This document shows positions 38,394-48,679 of a DNA stretch of 64,000 nt, in pieces. The stretch is from NCBI RefSeq assembly GCF_030013595.1, contig NZ_CP122768.1, one strand, 5' to 3'. Below the pieces are notes generated by a model, which was not told where the DNA came from, searched no databases, and worked only from the letters and a program-made list of their open reading frames with translations. Every line of letters starts with the position of its first letter. The first letter of the stretch is position 1. This DNA comes from Escherichia coli (GTDB lineage Bacteria; Pseudomonadota; Gammaproteobacteria; Enterobacterales; Enterobacteriaceae). The translations under genes were made by a program, and so were the position numbers.

Positions 38394-39109
38394 TCAATGT
38401 ATTAATTATCGATGACGACGCAATGGTCGCGGAGCTGAATCGCCGATACGTAGCACAAATCCCAAGCTTTCAATGCTGTGGAACAGCCTCGACGCTGGAG
38501 AAAGCCAAAGAGATTATCTTCAATAGCGATACGCCTATCGACCTGATATTGCTCGATATCTATATGCAAAAAGAGAACGGGCTCGATTTACTGCCTGTCC
38601 TGCATAACGCGCGTTGCAAAAGTGATGTGATTGTCATCTCCTCCGCAGCCGATGCGGCAACCATTAAAGATTCGCTGCATTACGGTGTCGTGGATTACCT
38701 GATCAAACCCTTCCAGGCTTCCCGCTTTGAAGAGGCGCTCACCGGCTGGCGGCAAAAGAAAATGGCGCTGGAAAAACATCAGTATTATGACCAGGCCGAG
38801 CTTGATCAGCTAATCCACGGCAGCAGCTCCAACGAGCAGGATCCTCGTCGCTTGCCAAAAGGCTTAACGCCGCAGACGTTACGCACGCTGTGCCAGTGGA
38901 TTGACGCGCATCAGGACTATGAGTTTTCAACCGACGAGCTGGCTAACGAGGTTAACATTTCGCGTGTTTCCTGCCGTAAATACCTCATCTGGCTGGTCAA
39001 CTGCCACATCTTGTTCACCAGTATCCATTATGGCGTCACGGGGCGTCCGGTTTACCGTTACCGTATTCAGGCAGAACACTACTCACTGCTGAAACAATAT
39101 TGCCAATAA
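38390..39109 (+). CDS. dcuR: C4-dicarboxylate response regulator
   Basis: 239-aa response regulator; ATGA overlap with dcuS. Confidence 0.95.
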   Translation: MINVLIIDDDAMVAELNRRYVAQIPSFQCCGTASTLEKAKEIIFNSDTPIDLILLDIYMQKENGLDLLPVLHNARCKSDVIVISSAADAATIKDSLHYGVVDYLIKPFQASRFEEALTGWRQKKMALEKHQYYDQAELDQLIHGSSSNEQDPRRLPKGLTPQTLRTLCQWIDAHQDYEFSTDELANEVNISRVSCRKYLIWLVNCHILFTSIHYGVTGRPVYRYRIQAEHYSLLKQYCQ

Positions 39110-39679
39110 CGGATCGCTGGTTATCTGTAAGTAATAATTATTACCGTAATGCAAAATATTCCTGGCACAAGTTACATTCTTCATCAGTAAAACTTGTGCC
39201 AGATCAAATATAATTATCCCTCCATCATCGTTAAAAATTAATATCTCTTCAGATGAACGGTGTTTTTAATTTCAAAACGCTAACAAAAGTTAATTAACTA
39301 TTATGTCACCCGCATTATGTGTATTTTTACCCACAAATGGGTAGATCAGATTAATCTATAAACCTAATGATATCTGCCCTGAGAACAAAAAATAGACCGA
39401 TAAATATCAATAAGATAACAGCAAACAAAACATTAACATCTGCGCAGTACAAACTATAAACCCATCGCCAGAGAGTCATTCTCTCTGAAAAAGCCGCTTA
39501 TCACAGTGCATAAATTTGCCGCTGCTTTAATCAGCCAATATTCACTGTGAGGTATTTGCTAAAGCCGGTAACGACCAAACGGATATTTAGTCAGGCTCTG
39601 AAAACAGTTCATACAAAACAGAACGTGACTGTGATCTATTCAGCAAAAATTTAAATAGGATTATCGCGAGGGTTCACAC
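39110..39679 (+). promoter_or_regulatory. Long AT-rich dcuB upstream control region
   Basis: 570-bp non-coding AT-rich interval ahead of dcuB; sites not individually mapped. Confidence 0.4.
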
Positions 39680-41020
39680 ATGTTATTTACTATCCAACTT
39701 ATCATAATACTGATATGTCTGTTTTATGGTGCCAGAAAGGGTGGTATCGCGCTGGGTTTATTAGGCGGTATCGGTCTGGTCATTCTGGTCTTCGTCTTCC
39801 ACCTTCAGCCAGGTAAACCACCGGTTGATGTCATGCTGGTTATCATTGCGGTGGTGGCGGCATCGGCGACCTTGCAAGCTTCGGGCGGTCTTGATGTCAT
39901 GCTGCAAATTGCCGAGAAGCTGCTGCGCCGCAACCCGAAATATGTCTCAATTGTCGCGCCGTTTGTGACCTGTACGCTGACCATTCTTTGCGGTACGGGT
40001 CATGTGGTTTACACCATTCTGCCGATCATCTACGACGTCGCTATTAAGAACAACATCCGTCCGGAACGCCCGATGGCGGCAAGTTCTATCGGTGCACAGA
40101 TGGGGATTATCGCCAGTCCGGTGTCGGTTGCAGTCGTGTCTCTGGTTGCGATGCTGGGTAATGTCACCTTTGATGGTCGCCATCTTGAGTTCCTCGACCT
40201 GCTAGCAATCACCATTCCATCGACGTTAATCGGTATCCTGGCGATCGGTATCTTCAGCTGGTTCCGCGGTAAAGATCTGGATAAAGACGAAGAGTTCCAG
40301 AAATTCATCTCCGTACCGGAAAACCGTGAGTATGTTTACGGTGATACCGCGACGCTGCTGGATAAAAAACTGCCGAAAAGCAACTGGCTTGCAATGTGGA
40401 TCTTCCTCGGGGCAATCGCTGTAGTCGCCCTTCTTGGTGCTGATTCGGACCTGCGTCCATCCTTCGGCGGCAAACCGCTGTCGATGGTACTGGTTATTCA
40501 GATGTTTATGCTGCTGACCGGGGCGCTGATTATTATCCTGACCAAAACCAATCCCGCGTCTATCTCAAAAAACGAAGTCTTCCGTTCCGGTATGATCGCC
40601 ATCGTGGCGGTGTACGGTATCGCATGGATGGCAGAAACCATGTTCGGTGCGCATATGTCTGAAATTCAGGGCGTACTGGGTGAAATGGTGAAAGAGTATC
40701 CGTGGGCCTATGCCATTGTTCTGCTGCTGGTTTCCAAGTTTGTAAACTCTCAGGCTGCGGCGCTGGCGGCGATTGTTCCGGTCGCGCTGGCGATCGGCGT
40801 TGATCCGGCATACATCGTGGCTTCAGCACCGGCTTGCTACGGTTATTACATCCTGCCGACTTATCCGAGCGATCTGGCAGCGATTCAGTTTGACCGTTCC
40901 GGCACCACCCACATCGGTCGCTTCGTCATCAACCACAGCTTTATTCTGCCGGGGTTGATTGGTGTGAGCGTATCGTGCGTCTTCGGCTGGATCTTCGCCG
41001 CGATGTACGGGTTCTTATAA
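39680..41020 (+). CDS. dcuB: Anaerobic C4-dicarboxylate antiporter
   Basis: 446-aa polytopic membrane ORF. Confidence 0.95.
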
Positions 41021-41029
41021 ATGCACTTT

Positions 41030-41065
41030 GCGTGCCGCCCGTGACTACGCGGCACGCCATTTTCG
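41030..41065 (+). terminator. Hairpin with T-tract after dcuB
   Basis: gcgtgccgc ... gcggcacgc followed by CATTTTCG. Confidence 0.55.
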
Positions 41066-41097
41066 AATAACAAATACAGAGTTACAGGCTGGAAGCT

Positions 41098-42744
41098 ATG
41101 TCAAACAAACCCTTTATCTACCAGGCACCTTTCCCGATGGGGAAAGACAATACCGAATACTATCTACTCACTTCCGATTACGTTAGCGTTGCCGACTTCG
41201 ACGGCGAAACCATTCTGAAAGTGGAACCAGAAGCCCTGACCCTGCTGGCGCAGCAAGCCTTTCACGACGCTTCTTTCATGCTCCGTCCGGCACACCAGAA
41301 ACAGGTTGCGGCTATTCTTCACGATCCAGAAGCCAGCGAAAACGACAAGTACGTGGCGCTGCAATTCTTAAGAAACTCCGAAATCGCCGCCAAAGGCGTG
41401 CTGCCGACCTGCCAGGATACCGGCACCGCAATCATCGTCGGTAAAAAAGGTCAGCGCGTGTGGACCGGCGGCGGTGATGAAGAAGCACTGTCGAAAGGCG
41501 TGTACAACACCTATATCGAAGATAACCTGCGCTACTCGCAAAACGCGGCGCTGGACATGTACAAAGAGGTCAACACCGGCACTAACCTGCCTGCGCAAAT
41601 CGACCTGTACGCGGTAGATGGCGATGAGTACAAATTCCTCTGTGTCGCTAAAGGCGGCGGCTCTGCCAACAAAACCTATCTCTACCAGGAAACCAAAGCC
41701 CTGCTGACTCCCGGCAAACTGAAAAACTTCCTCGTTGAGAAAATGCGTACCCTCGGTACTGCAGCCTGCCCGCCGTACCATATCGCGTTTGTGATTGGCG
41801 GTACGTCTGCGGAAACCAACCTGAAAACCGTCAAGTTAGCAAGCGCTCACTATTATGATGAACTGCCGACGGAAGGGAACGAACATGGTCAGGCGTTCCG
41901 CGATGTCCAACTGGAACAGGAACTGCTGGAAGAGGCCCAGAAACTCGGTCTTGGCGCGCAGTTTGGCGGTAAATACTTCGCGCACGACATTCGCGTTATC
42001 CGTCTGCCACGTCACGGCGCATCCTTCCCGGTAGGCATGGGAGTCTCCTGCTCCGCTGACCGTAACATTAAAGCGAAAATCAACCGCGAAGGTATCTGGA
42101 TCGAAAAACTGGAACACAATCCAGGCCAGTACATTCCACAAGAACTGCGTCAGGCCGGTGAAGGCGAAGCGGTGAAAGTCGACCTTAACCGCCCGATGAA
42201 AGAGATCCTCGCCCAGCTTTCGCAATATCCGGTTTCCACTCGTTTGTCGCTCACCGGCACCATTATTGTGGGTCGAGATATTGCACACGCCAAGCTGAAA
42301 GAGCTGATTGACTCCGGTAAAGAACTTCCGCAGTACATCAAAGATCACCCGATCTACTACGCGGGTCCGGCGAAAACGCCTGCCGGTTATCCATCAGGTT
42401 CACTTGGCCCAACCACCGCAGGTCGTATGGACTCCTACGTGGATCTGCTGCAATCCCACGGCGGCAGCATGATCATGCTGGCGAAAGGTAACCGCAGTCA
42501 GCAGGTTACCGACGCGTGTCATAAACATGGCGGCTTCTACCTCGGTAGTATCGGCGGTCCGGCGGCGGTACTGGCGCAGCAGAGCATCAAGCATCTGGAA
42601 TGCGTCGCTTATCCGGAGCTGGGTATGGAAGCTATCTGGAAAATCGAAGTAGAAGATTTCCCGGCGTTTATCCTGGTCGATGACAAAGGCAACGACTTCT
42701 TCCAGCAAATCGTCAACAAACAGTGCGCGAACTGCACTAAGTAA
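41098..42744 (+). CDS. fumB: Class I (Fe-S) fumarate hydratase, anaerobic isozyme
   Basis: 548-aa ORF downstream of dcuB. Confidence 0.93.
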   Translation: MSNKPFIYQAPFPMGKDNTEYYLLTSDYVSVADFDGETILKVEPEALTLLAQQAFHDASFMLRPAHQKQVAAILHDPEASENDKYVALQFLRNSEIAAKGVLPTCQDTGTAIIVGKKGQRVWTGGGDEEALSKGVYNTYIEDNLRYSQNAALDMYKEVNTGTNLPAQIDLYAVDGDEYKFLCVAKGGGSANKTYLYQETKALLTPGKLKNFLVEKMRTLGTAACPPYHIAFVIGGTSAETNLKTVKLASAHYYDELPTEGNEHGQAFRDVQLEQELLEEAQKLGLGAQFGGKYFAHDIRVIRLPRHGASFPVGMGVSCSADRNIKAKINREGIWIEKLEHNPGQYIPQELRQAGEGEAVKVDLNRPMKEILAQLSQYPVSTRLSLTGTIIVGRDIAHAKLKELIDSGKELPQYIKDHPIYYAGPAKTPAGYPSGSLGPTTAGRMDSYVDLLQSHGGSMIMLAKGNRSQQVTDACHKHGGFYLGSIGGPAAVLAQQSIKHLECVAYPELGMEAIWKIEVEDFPAFILVDDKGNDFFQQIVNKQCANCTK

Positions 42745-42866
42745 CCTCTTCGGCCCAGCGCCTGGCAGCATGCTGCCAGGTGATCCCCCTGGGCCACCTC
42801 TTTTGCGATTGTAATTTCACGCTTGCTGGTGAATAGTCAGTATTTTCCCTGACTTGCGAACTCACC

Positions 42867-43496
42867 ATGACCCGCACACTCAAGCCGTTAATTCTTAACA
42901 CCGGCGCACTGGCGCTAACGTTAATCCTGATTTATACCGGCATTTCGGCCAATGACAAACTCACCTGGCTGATGGAAGTGACACCGGTGATTATTGTCGT
43001 GCCGCTACTGCTTGCCACCGCTAAACGTTATCCGTTAACGCCGCTGCTCTATACGCTCATTTTCTTTCACGCCATCATCCTGATGGTCGGCGGACAATAC
43101 ACCTACGCGAAAGTCCCCGTTGGTTTTGAGGTGCAGGAATGGCTGGGGTTGAGTCGTAATCCGTATGACAAACTGGGGCATTTTTTCCAAGGGCTGGTGC
43201 CTGCACTGGTGGCACGAGAGATCCTTGTGCGCGGGATGTACGTTCGCGGACATAAGATGGTGGCGTTTCTGGTCTGCTGCGTGGCGCTGGCGATAAGCGC
43301 GATGTATGAATTAATCGAGTGGTGGGCGGCGCTGGCAATGGGTCAGGGAGCGGATGATTTTCTCGGCACCCAGGGCGACCAGTGGGACACGCAATCCGAT
43401 ATGTTCTGCGCGCTGCTTGGCGCATTAACGACGGTGATATTCCTCGCTCGCTTTCATTGCCGCCAGCTACGGCGCTTTGGCTTGATAACCGGATAA
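42867..43496 (+). CDS. yjdF: Inner membrane protein YjdF
   Basis: 209-aa membrane ORF in conserved position. Confidence 0.85.
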   Translation: MTRTLKPLILNTGALALTLILIYTGISANDKLTWLMEVTPVIIVVPLLLATAKRYPLTPLLYTLIFFHAIILMVGGQYTYAKVPVGFEVQEWLGLSRNPYDKLGHFFQGLVPALVAREILVRGMYVRGHKMVAFLVCCVALAISAMYELIEWWAALAMGQGADDFLGTQGDQWDTQSDMFCALLGALTTVIFLARFHCRQLRRFGLITG

Positions 43497-43515
43497 CAAC
43501 GTGCGCTTTGTTGAC

Positions 43516-43549
43516 GCCGGATGCGGCGTGAATTCCTTATCCGGTCTAC
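43516..43549. repeat. REP (repetitive extragenic palindromic) element
   Basis: gccggatgcggcgtgaattccttatccggtctac, classic REP sequence. Confidence 0.8.
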
Positions 43550-44083
43550 AAAATTTGCAAATCCAAAGCATTACATTAAGACATGGCCTGATAAACATAT
43601 CGCATCAGGCCATTTTCGTTAGCTATTGTCCACGTCAGGCTTTCACATCACTCACTGCACCGACCGGAATATCAGCATGAACAGGCTCGGGCGGTACTTT
43701 GCGATATTTATCCAGCAGATGGATCTGGATCCTGCGCAGCGTGCACCATTGAGGCGATAGAAACGGAAGTAGAGAATCAGCGTTACCATGAAAAACAGAG
43801 TCGGTAGAGCAATCATAATAAACTGCATACCTAATAGGGCTTGCGTAGACTGTTCAACATTCGGTACATAGCCAATCATCCCTAACACAACCGCAATGAA
43901 AAAAGCCGCAAAGGCTGAACCGCCCTTCACCACCATAGTCTGCACGGAGTAAGCGATGCTTTCACAGCGTACGTGCAGTTTATATTCACCGTAATCAACG
44001 GTATCTGCCACCATGATGACCTGTAATACCCAGAAAAGCGCCGTTCCCACATTCAGCAAGATACCCGCAATCACAATGAGGAC

Positions 44084-44092
44084 GACGTTGTG
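44084..44092. repeat. Target-site duplication (gacgttgtg), left copy
   Basis: Identical 9 bp directly flank both ends of IS1 copy 2. Confidence 0.9.
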
Positions 44093-44107
44093 GGTAATGA
44101 CTCCAAC

Positions 44108-44611
44108 TTACTGATAGTGTTTTATGTTCAGATAATGCCCGATGACCTTGTCATGCAGCTCCACCGATTTTGAGAACGACAGTGACTTCCGTCCCAGCCT
44201 TGCCAGATGTTGTCTCAGATTCAGGTTATGCCGCTCAATGCGCTGAGTATAACGCTTGCTGATAACGTGCAGCTTTCCCTTCAGGCGTGATTCATACAGC
44301 GGCCAGCCATCCGTCATCCATACCACGACCTCAAAGGCCGACAGCAGGCTCAGAAGACGCTCCAGTGTGGCCAGAGTGCGTTCACCGAAGACGTGCGCCA
44401 CAACCGTCCTCCGCATCCTGTCATACGCGTAAAACAGCCAGCGCTGACGTGATTTAGCACCGACGTAGCCCCACTGTTCGTCCATTTCAGCGCAGACAAT
44501 CACATCACTGCCCGGTTGTATGCGCGAGGTTACCGACTGCGGCCTGAGTTTTTTAAGTGGCGGAAAATCGTGTTGAGGCCAACGCCAATAATGCGTGCAC
44601 TGGCGCGACAT
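44108..44611 (-). CDS. insB: IS1 transposase InsB reading frame
   Basis: Identical translation to copy 1. Confidence 0.9.
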   Translation of the reverse strand: MSRQCTHYWRWPQHDFPPLKKLRPQSVTSRIQPGSDVIVCAEMDEQWGYVGAKSRQRWLFYAYDRMRRTVVAHVFGERTLATLERLLSLLSAFEVVVWMTDGWPLYESRLKGKLHVISKRYTQRIERHNLNLRQHLARLGRKSLSFSKSVELHDKVIGHYLNIKHYQ

Positions 44612-44805
44612 CCGACGCCATTCATGGCCATATCAATGATTTTCTGGTGCGTACCGGGCTGAGAGGCGGCGTAAGTGAACTGTAGTTGCCATGTTTTACG
44701 GCAGTGAGAGCAGAGATAGCGCTGATGTCCGGCGGTGCTTTTGCCGTTACGCACCACCCCGTCAGTAGCTGAACAGGAGGGACAGCTGATAGAAACAGAA
44801 GCCAC
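44530..44805 (-). CDS. insA: IS1 InsA
   Basis: Identical translation to copy 1. Confidence 0.9.
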   Translation of the reverse strand: MASVSISCPSCSATDGVVRNGKSTAGHQRYLCSHCRKTWQLQFTYAASQPGTHQKIIDMAMNGVGCRASARIIGVGLNTIFRHLKNSGRSR

Positions 44806-44860
44806 TGGAGCACCTCAAAAACACCATCATACACTAAATCAGTAAGTTGGCAGCATCACC

Positions 44861-44869
44861 GACGTTGTG
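44861..44869. repeat. Target-site duplication (gacgttgtg), right copy
   Basis: See left copy. Confidence 0.9.
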
Positions 44870-45934
44870 ATAGCTCATTAATGCCATTAACAGGAGAACA
44901 CCACAGCTTAACACCGGAAGAATAGATGCTCCGGCCCATAAAATGCGTCGGGATAATGATTTAACTAAGCGTGGGAAGAATACTAACGTCACCAGATTAG
45001 CAGCTCCCGCATACGACAGATAATAGGGGAACAAATCCGCATCACCGATAACATATGAGAAATAATAGATAGCAAAGCCGGTAATAATATTGCTGGCTAC
45101 ATTATAAGCAAGAGCCATACCCAAGAGGCATGAAAGCTGATCGTTTTTATAAATTAGCGCAACGATGGCTTTAAGTGTCAGATGGCTTCCTTCAGCAGAC
45201 GGTTGATTGTCTGACGAAAAGACTTCATGCACATTGCGCAGAGTGATGATGGTTGAAACAATAAAAAAGGCGATCAGTACCAGAGTGAACATCTGAAAGC
45301 CAAATCCCCGATCGCCACCGCCGACATAATTAACAAATGGTAGCGTCACACCTGCCGTAACAAAGCCTGCCAGACTGGCAAAAAAACGCGGATAAGGAAC
45401 CAGTTGTTCGCGCTCACGTTTATCGAGCGTTATGGTTGGAACCAGCGACCAGAAGGGAATATCCATAATGGTGTAAGTCATGCCCCAGAGGATGTAGGTC
45501 ACGCAAACAAAGACAATCTGAGTAGTACCTTCAAACAGATGCGCACTAAAGAGGAGAAATAAGATTACAGAGTTTGCCAACGTACCGATCAGGATCCAGG
45601 GTTTGAACTTACCCCATCGCGATCGCGTAGCATTTACAATCCATCCCATAATCGGATCGTTAATAGCATCCCAGATCCTCGCCACCAGAAACAAAGTACC
45701 GACCAAACCCACAGACAGCCCGACGACATCGGTGTAGTAATACATGAGGTACATATACACAATGCCGATCGCAAAATCCTTCCCGAACGCTCCAAATCCA
45801 TAACTGAGTTTTGTAGTCATTGAAATGCTCATAGGGTATCGGGTCGTTGTTACCAACGCCCGCCTTCTGTTATTGGTATCGTCAGAGGTGTGCGCCGGAA
45901 TAAATCCCCCGGCGCAGTAGCGTTTAGTCGCGTT

Positions 45935-47290
45935 TTAACGGTGCAACCAGCCTGGCAGCCAGTCGCCGTGGGCGGCAATCAGGTCGTCAACAAGAGCATA
46001 TATTTCGTCAATGCCCAGCACGGCGGCAGTATGCGGGTCCATCATCGCGGCGTGGTAAACACGGTCGCGGTTTTCCGTAAGAATGGCTTCGGTCAGCAGC
46101 GTCTGTACGTTGATGTTGGTTTGCATCAGAGCGGCCAGATGCGAAGGTAGCGTACCGACTTTGGTCGGCTGAATGCCATTAGCATCAACCAGACAGGCTA
46201 CTTCCACGCAACATCCTTGTGGCAGGTTATCAATCAAATCATCGTTACGGACGTTGCCGTAAATCACACTCGGCTCGCCAGTCCAGATAGCGTTCATGAT
46301 TGTGCTGGCATATTCCCGTGACGGTTTAATATCAATCCGGGAGGCGTTTTTATACTCCTCCAGCTCTTTATGCCAGTTCGCCAGCTGCTCGACGCAGCGT
46401 TTCGGGTACTCATCCAGCGGTACTTTATAACGCTCAATCAAATCCTCACGACCTGGCTTAATAAACCACGGTGTGTACTCAGCAAAATGTTCTGACGATT
46501 CCGTGACGAAGTAGCCCAGCTTTTTGAACATTTCGTAGCGCACAATATTCTGGCAGCGAGTATTGCCATGAATATTCGGCTTCGGTGCCTGCCCTGCTTC
46601 ATAAGCCGCCAGCAGTTCCGGGTAGAGATTCACGTAACTGCCGTCGGCGGTTTTGCGCTCCAGTTCCAGGTAAAACGCCATATGGTTGATACCTGCACAA
46701 CGGTAACGCAGCGTAGACGGGTCGATATTGAGGTCACGCGCCAGCTCTTCCGCCGTTCCCTGCACCGAATGGCACAGCCCTACCTGTTTGATATGCGGAT
46801 AGCGGGCATACATCGCCCAGGTATTCATCGCCATTGGGTTAACATAGTTGAGCATGGTGGCATCGGGGCAGACTTCCGTCATGTCCTCGCAAATTTGCCA
46901 CAGATGCGGAATGGTACGTAGCGCGCGCATAATACCGCCCGGCCCCAACGTATCGGCAATGGTTTGTTCCAGACCATGCCGCTTACAGACCTCGAAATCA
47001 GTCACCGTGCAAGGTTCATAACCGCCAATCTGAAATGCCACCACGACAAAATCAGCATCCTGTAAGGCTTCTTTCTGTTGGGTGTGGCAGGTGATTTTGC
47101 CGCTGGCCCCTGCTGAATCCATCAGCTTACGCACCACAATGTGCGACTCTTCCAGGCGGGTGGGATCAATGTCCATCAGGGCAATATGCGCCGTTTTCAG
47201 CGCCTCGCGATGGAACACATCACCAAGAATATTTTTAACGAAAATCGTCGAACCAGCGCCGATAAATGTAATTTTGGGTGCAGACATCAT
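45935..47290 (-). CDS. melA: Alpha-galactosidase (NAD/Mn-dependent, GH4)
   Basis: 451-aa ORF with N-terminal Rossmann motif; upstream of melB in the same orientation. Confidence 0.95.
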   Translation of the reverse strand: MMSAPKITFIGAGSTIFVKNILGDVFHREALKTAHIALMDIDPTRLEESHIVVRKLMDSAGASGKITCHTQQKEALQDADFVVVAFQIGGYEPCTVTDFEVCKRHGLEQTIADTLGPGGIMRALRTIPHLWQICEDMTEVCPDATMLNYVNPMAMNTWAMYARYPHIKQVGLCHSVQGTAEELARDLNIDPSTLRYRCAGINHMAFYLELERKTADGSYVNLYPELLAAYEAGQAPKPNIHGNTRCQNIVRYEMFKKLGYFVTESSEHFAEYTPWFIKPGREDLIERYKVPLDEYPKRCVEQLANWHKELEEYKNASRIDIKPSREYASTIMNAIWTGEPSVIYGNVRNDDLIDNLPQGCCVEVACLVDANGIQPTKVGTLPSHLAALMQTNINVQTLLTEAILTENRDRVYHAAMMDPHTAAVLGIDEIYALVDDLIAAHGDWLPGWLHR

Positions 47291-47572
47291 GCAGATCTCC
47301 TAGCTTGCTTGAATAACTTCATCATGGCAGGCGAATCTGCAGAAAACCTCCGGCTTCCAGGTTGAGCATTCCCATAAACTCAGATCCTACGTGAAGCAGC
47401 AGTAAATCTGAGTTTATGGGAATAAATTACCTGAAAAGCAGAGTTTTCGGCCTCAGAATGCTCGGACGGTCCCCTCGCCTCTCTGGGAAGAGAGTGAAAA
47501 CCGTGCTCCCACTCGCAGTCATCCTCCCTCACTCCTGCCATAATTCTGATATTCCAGGAAAGAGAGCCATCC
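47291..47572. promoter_or_regulatory. melR-melAB divergent control region
   Basis: Intergenic region between divergent melA and melR; sites not individually mapped. Confidence 0.5.
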
Positions 47573-48481
47573 ATGAATAAAGATACGTTTATGTGCAGTA
47601 GCGACGAAAAACAGACCCGCAGCCCGCTATCGCTGTATTCGGAATACCAGCGGATGGAGATTGAGTTTCGCGCACCGCATATCATGCCCACCAGCCACTG
47701 GCATGGTCAGGTCGAAGTGAATGTGCCTTTCGATGGCGATGTGGAATACCTGATCAACAATGAAAAAGTGAATATCAATCAGGGTCATATCACGCTGTTC
47801 TGGGCCTGTACACCGCACCAACTAACAGATACCGGAACCTGTCAGAGCATGGCGATTTTTAATCTGCCGATGCATCTGTTTCTCTCCTGGCCGCTGGATA
47901 AAGACCTGATTAACCACGTCACTCACGGTATGGTGATCAAATCACTGGCGACACAGCAACTTAGCCCGTTTGAAGTGCGCCGCTGGCAGCAGGAATTGAA
48001 CAGTCCGAACGAGCAAATTCGCCAGCTCGCCATTGATGAAATTGGCCTGATGCTCAAGCGATTTAGCCTCTCTGGCTGGGAACCGATTCTGGTCAATAAA
48101 ACCTCGCGCACACACAAAAACAGCGTCTCGCGCCATGCGCAATTTTATGTCAGCCAGATGCTGGGCTTTATTGCCGAAAACTATGATCAGGCGCTGACCA
48201 TCAACGATGTGGCTGAGCACGTCAAACTTAACGCCAACTATGCAATGGGGATATTCCAGCGGGTCATGCAATTGACGATGAAACAGTACATTACCGCGAT
48301 GCGCATCAACCACGTTCGCGCGTTACTGAGCGATACCGATAAAAGTATTCTCGATATTGCCCTGACGGCAGGCTTTCGTTCAAGTAGTCGTTTTTACAGC
48401 ACGTTCGGCAAATATGTCGGCATGTCGCCGCAACAATACCGCAAACTTAGCCAACAGCGCCGCCAGACGTTTCCCGGCTAA
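47573..48481 (+). CDS. melR: AraC-family melibiose operon activator
   Basis: 302-aa ORF with C-terminal AraC-type HTH. Confidence 0.93.
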   Translation: MNKDTFMCSSDEKQTRSPLSLYSEYQRMEIEFRAPHIMPTSHWHGQVEVNVPFDGDVEYLINNEKVNINQGHITLFWACTPHQLTDTGTCQSMAIFNLPMHLFLSWPLDKDLINHVTHGMVIKSLATQQLSPFEVRRWQQELNSPNEQIRQLAIDEIGLMLKRFSLSGWEPILVNKTSRTHKNSVSRHAQFYVSQMLGFIAENYDQALTINDVAEHVKLNANYAMGIFQRVMQLTMKQYITAMRINHVRALLSDTDKSILDIALTAGFRSSSRFYSTFGKYVGMSPQQYRKLSQQRRQTFPG

Positions 48482-48679
48482 AGACGATATCAGTATCAGC
48501 CAAAAAAATAGTTTAGCCGTCGATAATAAGCAGTGAAAATAATTTAAAATAATCACATAACATATTGTTTATAAAAACAAATATTTCAAAAATGTTTGTT
48601 TTTCACGCGCTTTACAGCCCGAAAAGGCCGGAAGATACTTGCCCGCACCGAAGATTCCTTCATAACCGGGTAAGCAATG

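Larger units (their letters stand above)
44093..44860 (-). mobile_element. IS1 copy 2 (768 bp), simple insertion in melB with 9-bp target duplication
   Basis: Same terminal inverted repeats and apparently identical sequence and orientation to copy 1. Confidence 0.95.
43652..45832 (-). pseudogene. melB: melB (melibiose:Na+ symporter) disrupted by IS1 and carrying an apparent 3' frameshift
   Basis: N-terminal part 44861-45832 ([14 protein letters not shown]...) and C-terminal part 43652-44092 are in frame across the 9-bp duplication; the C-terminus ends ...RLNGARCAG... while the +1 frame encodes the recalled ...[36 protein letters not shown]. Confidence 0.9.
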
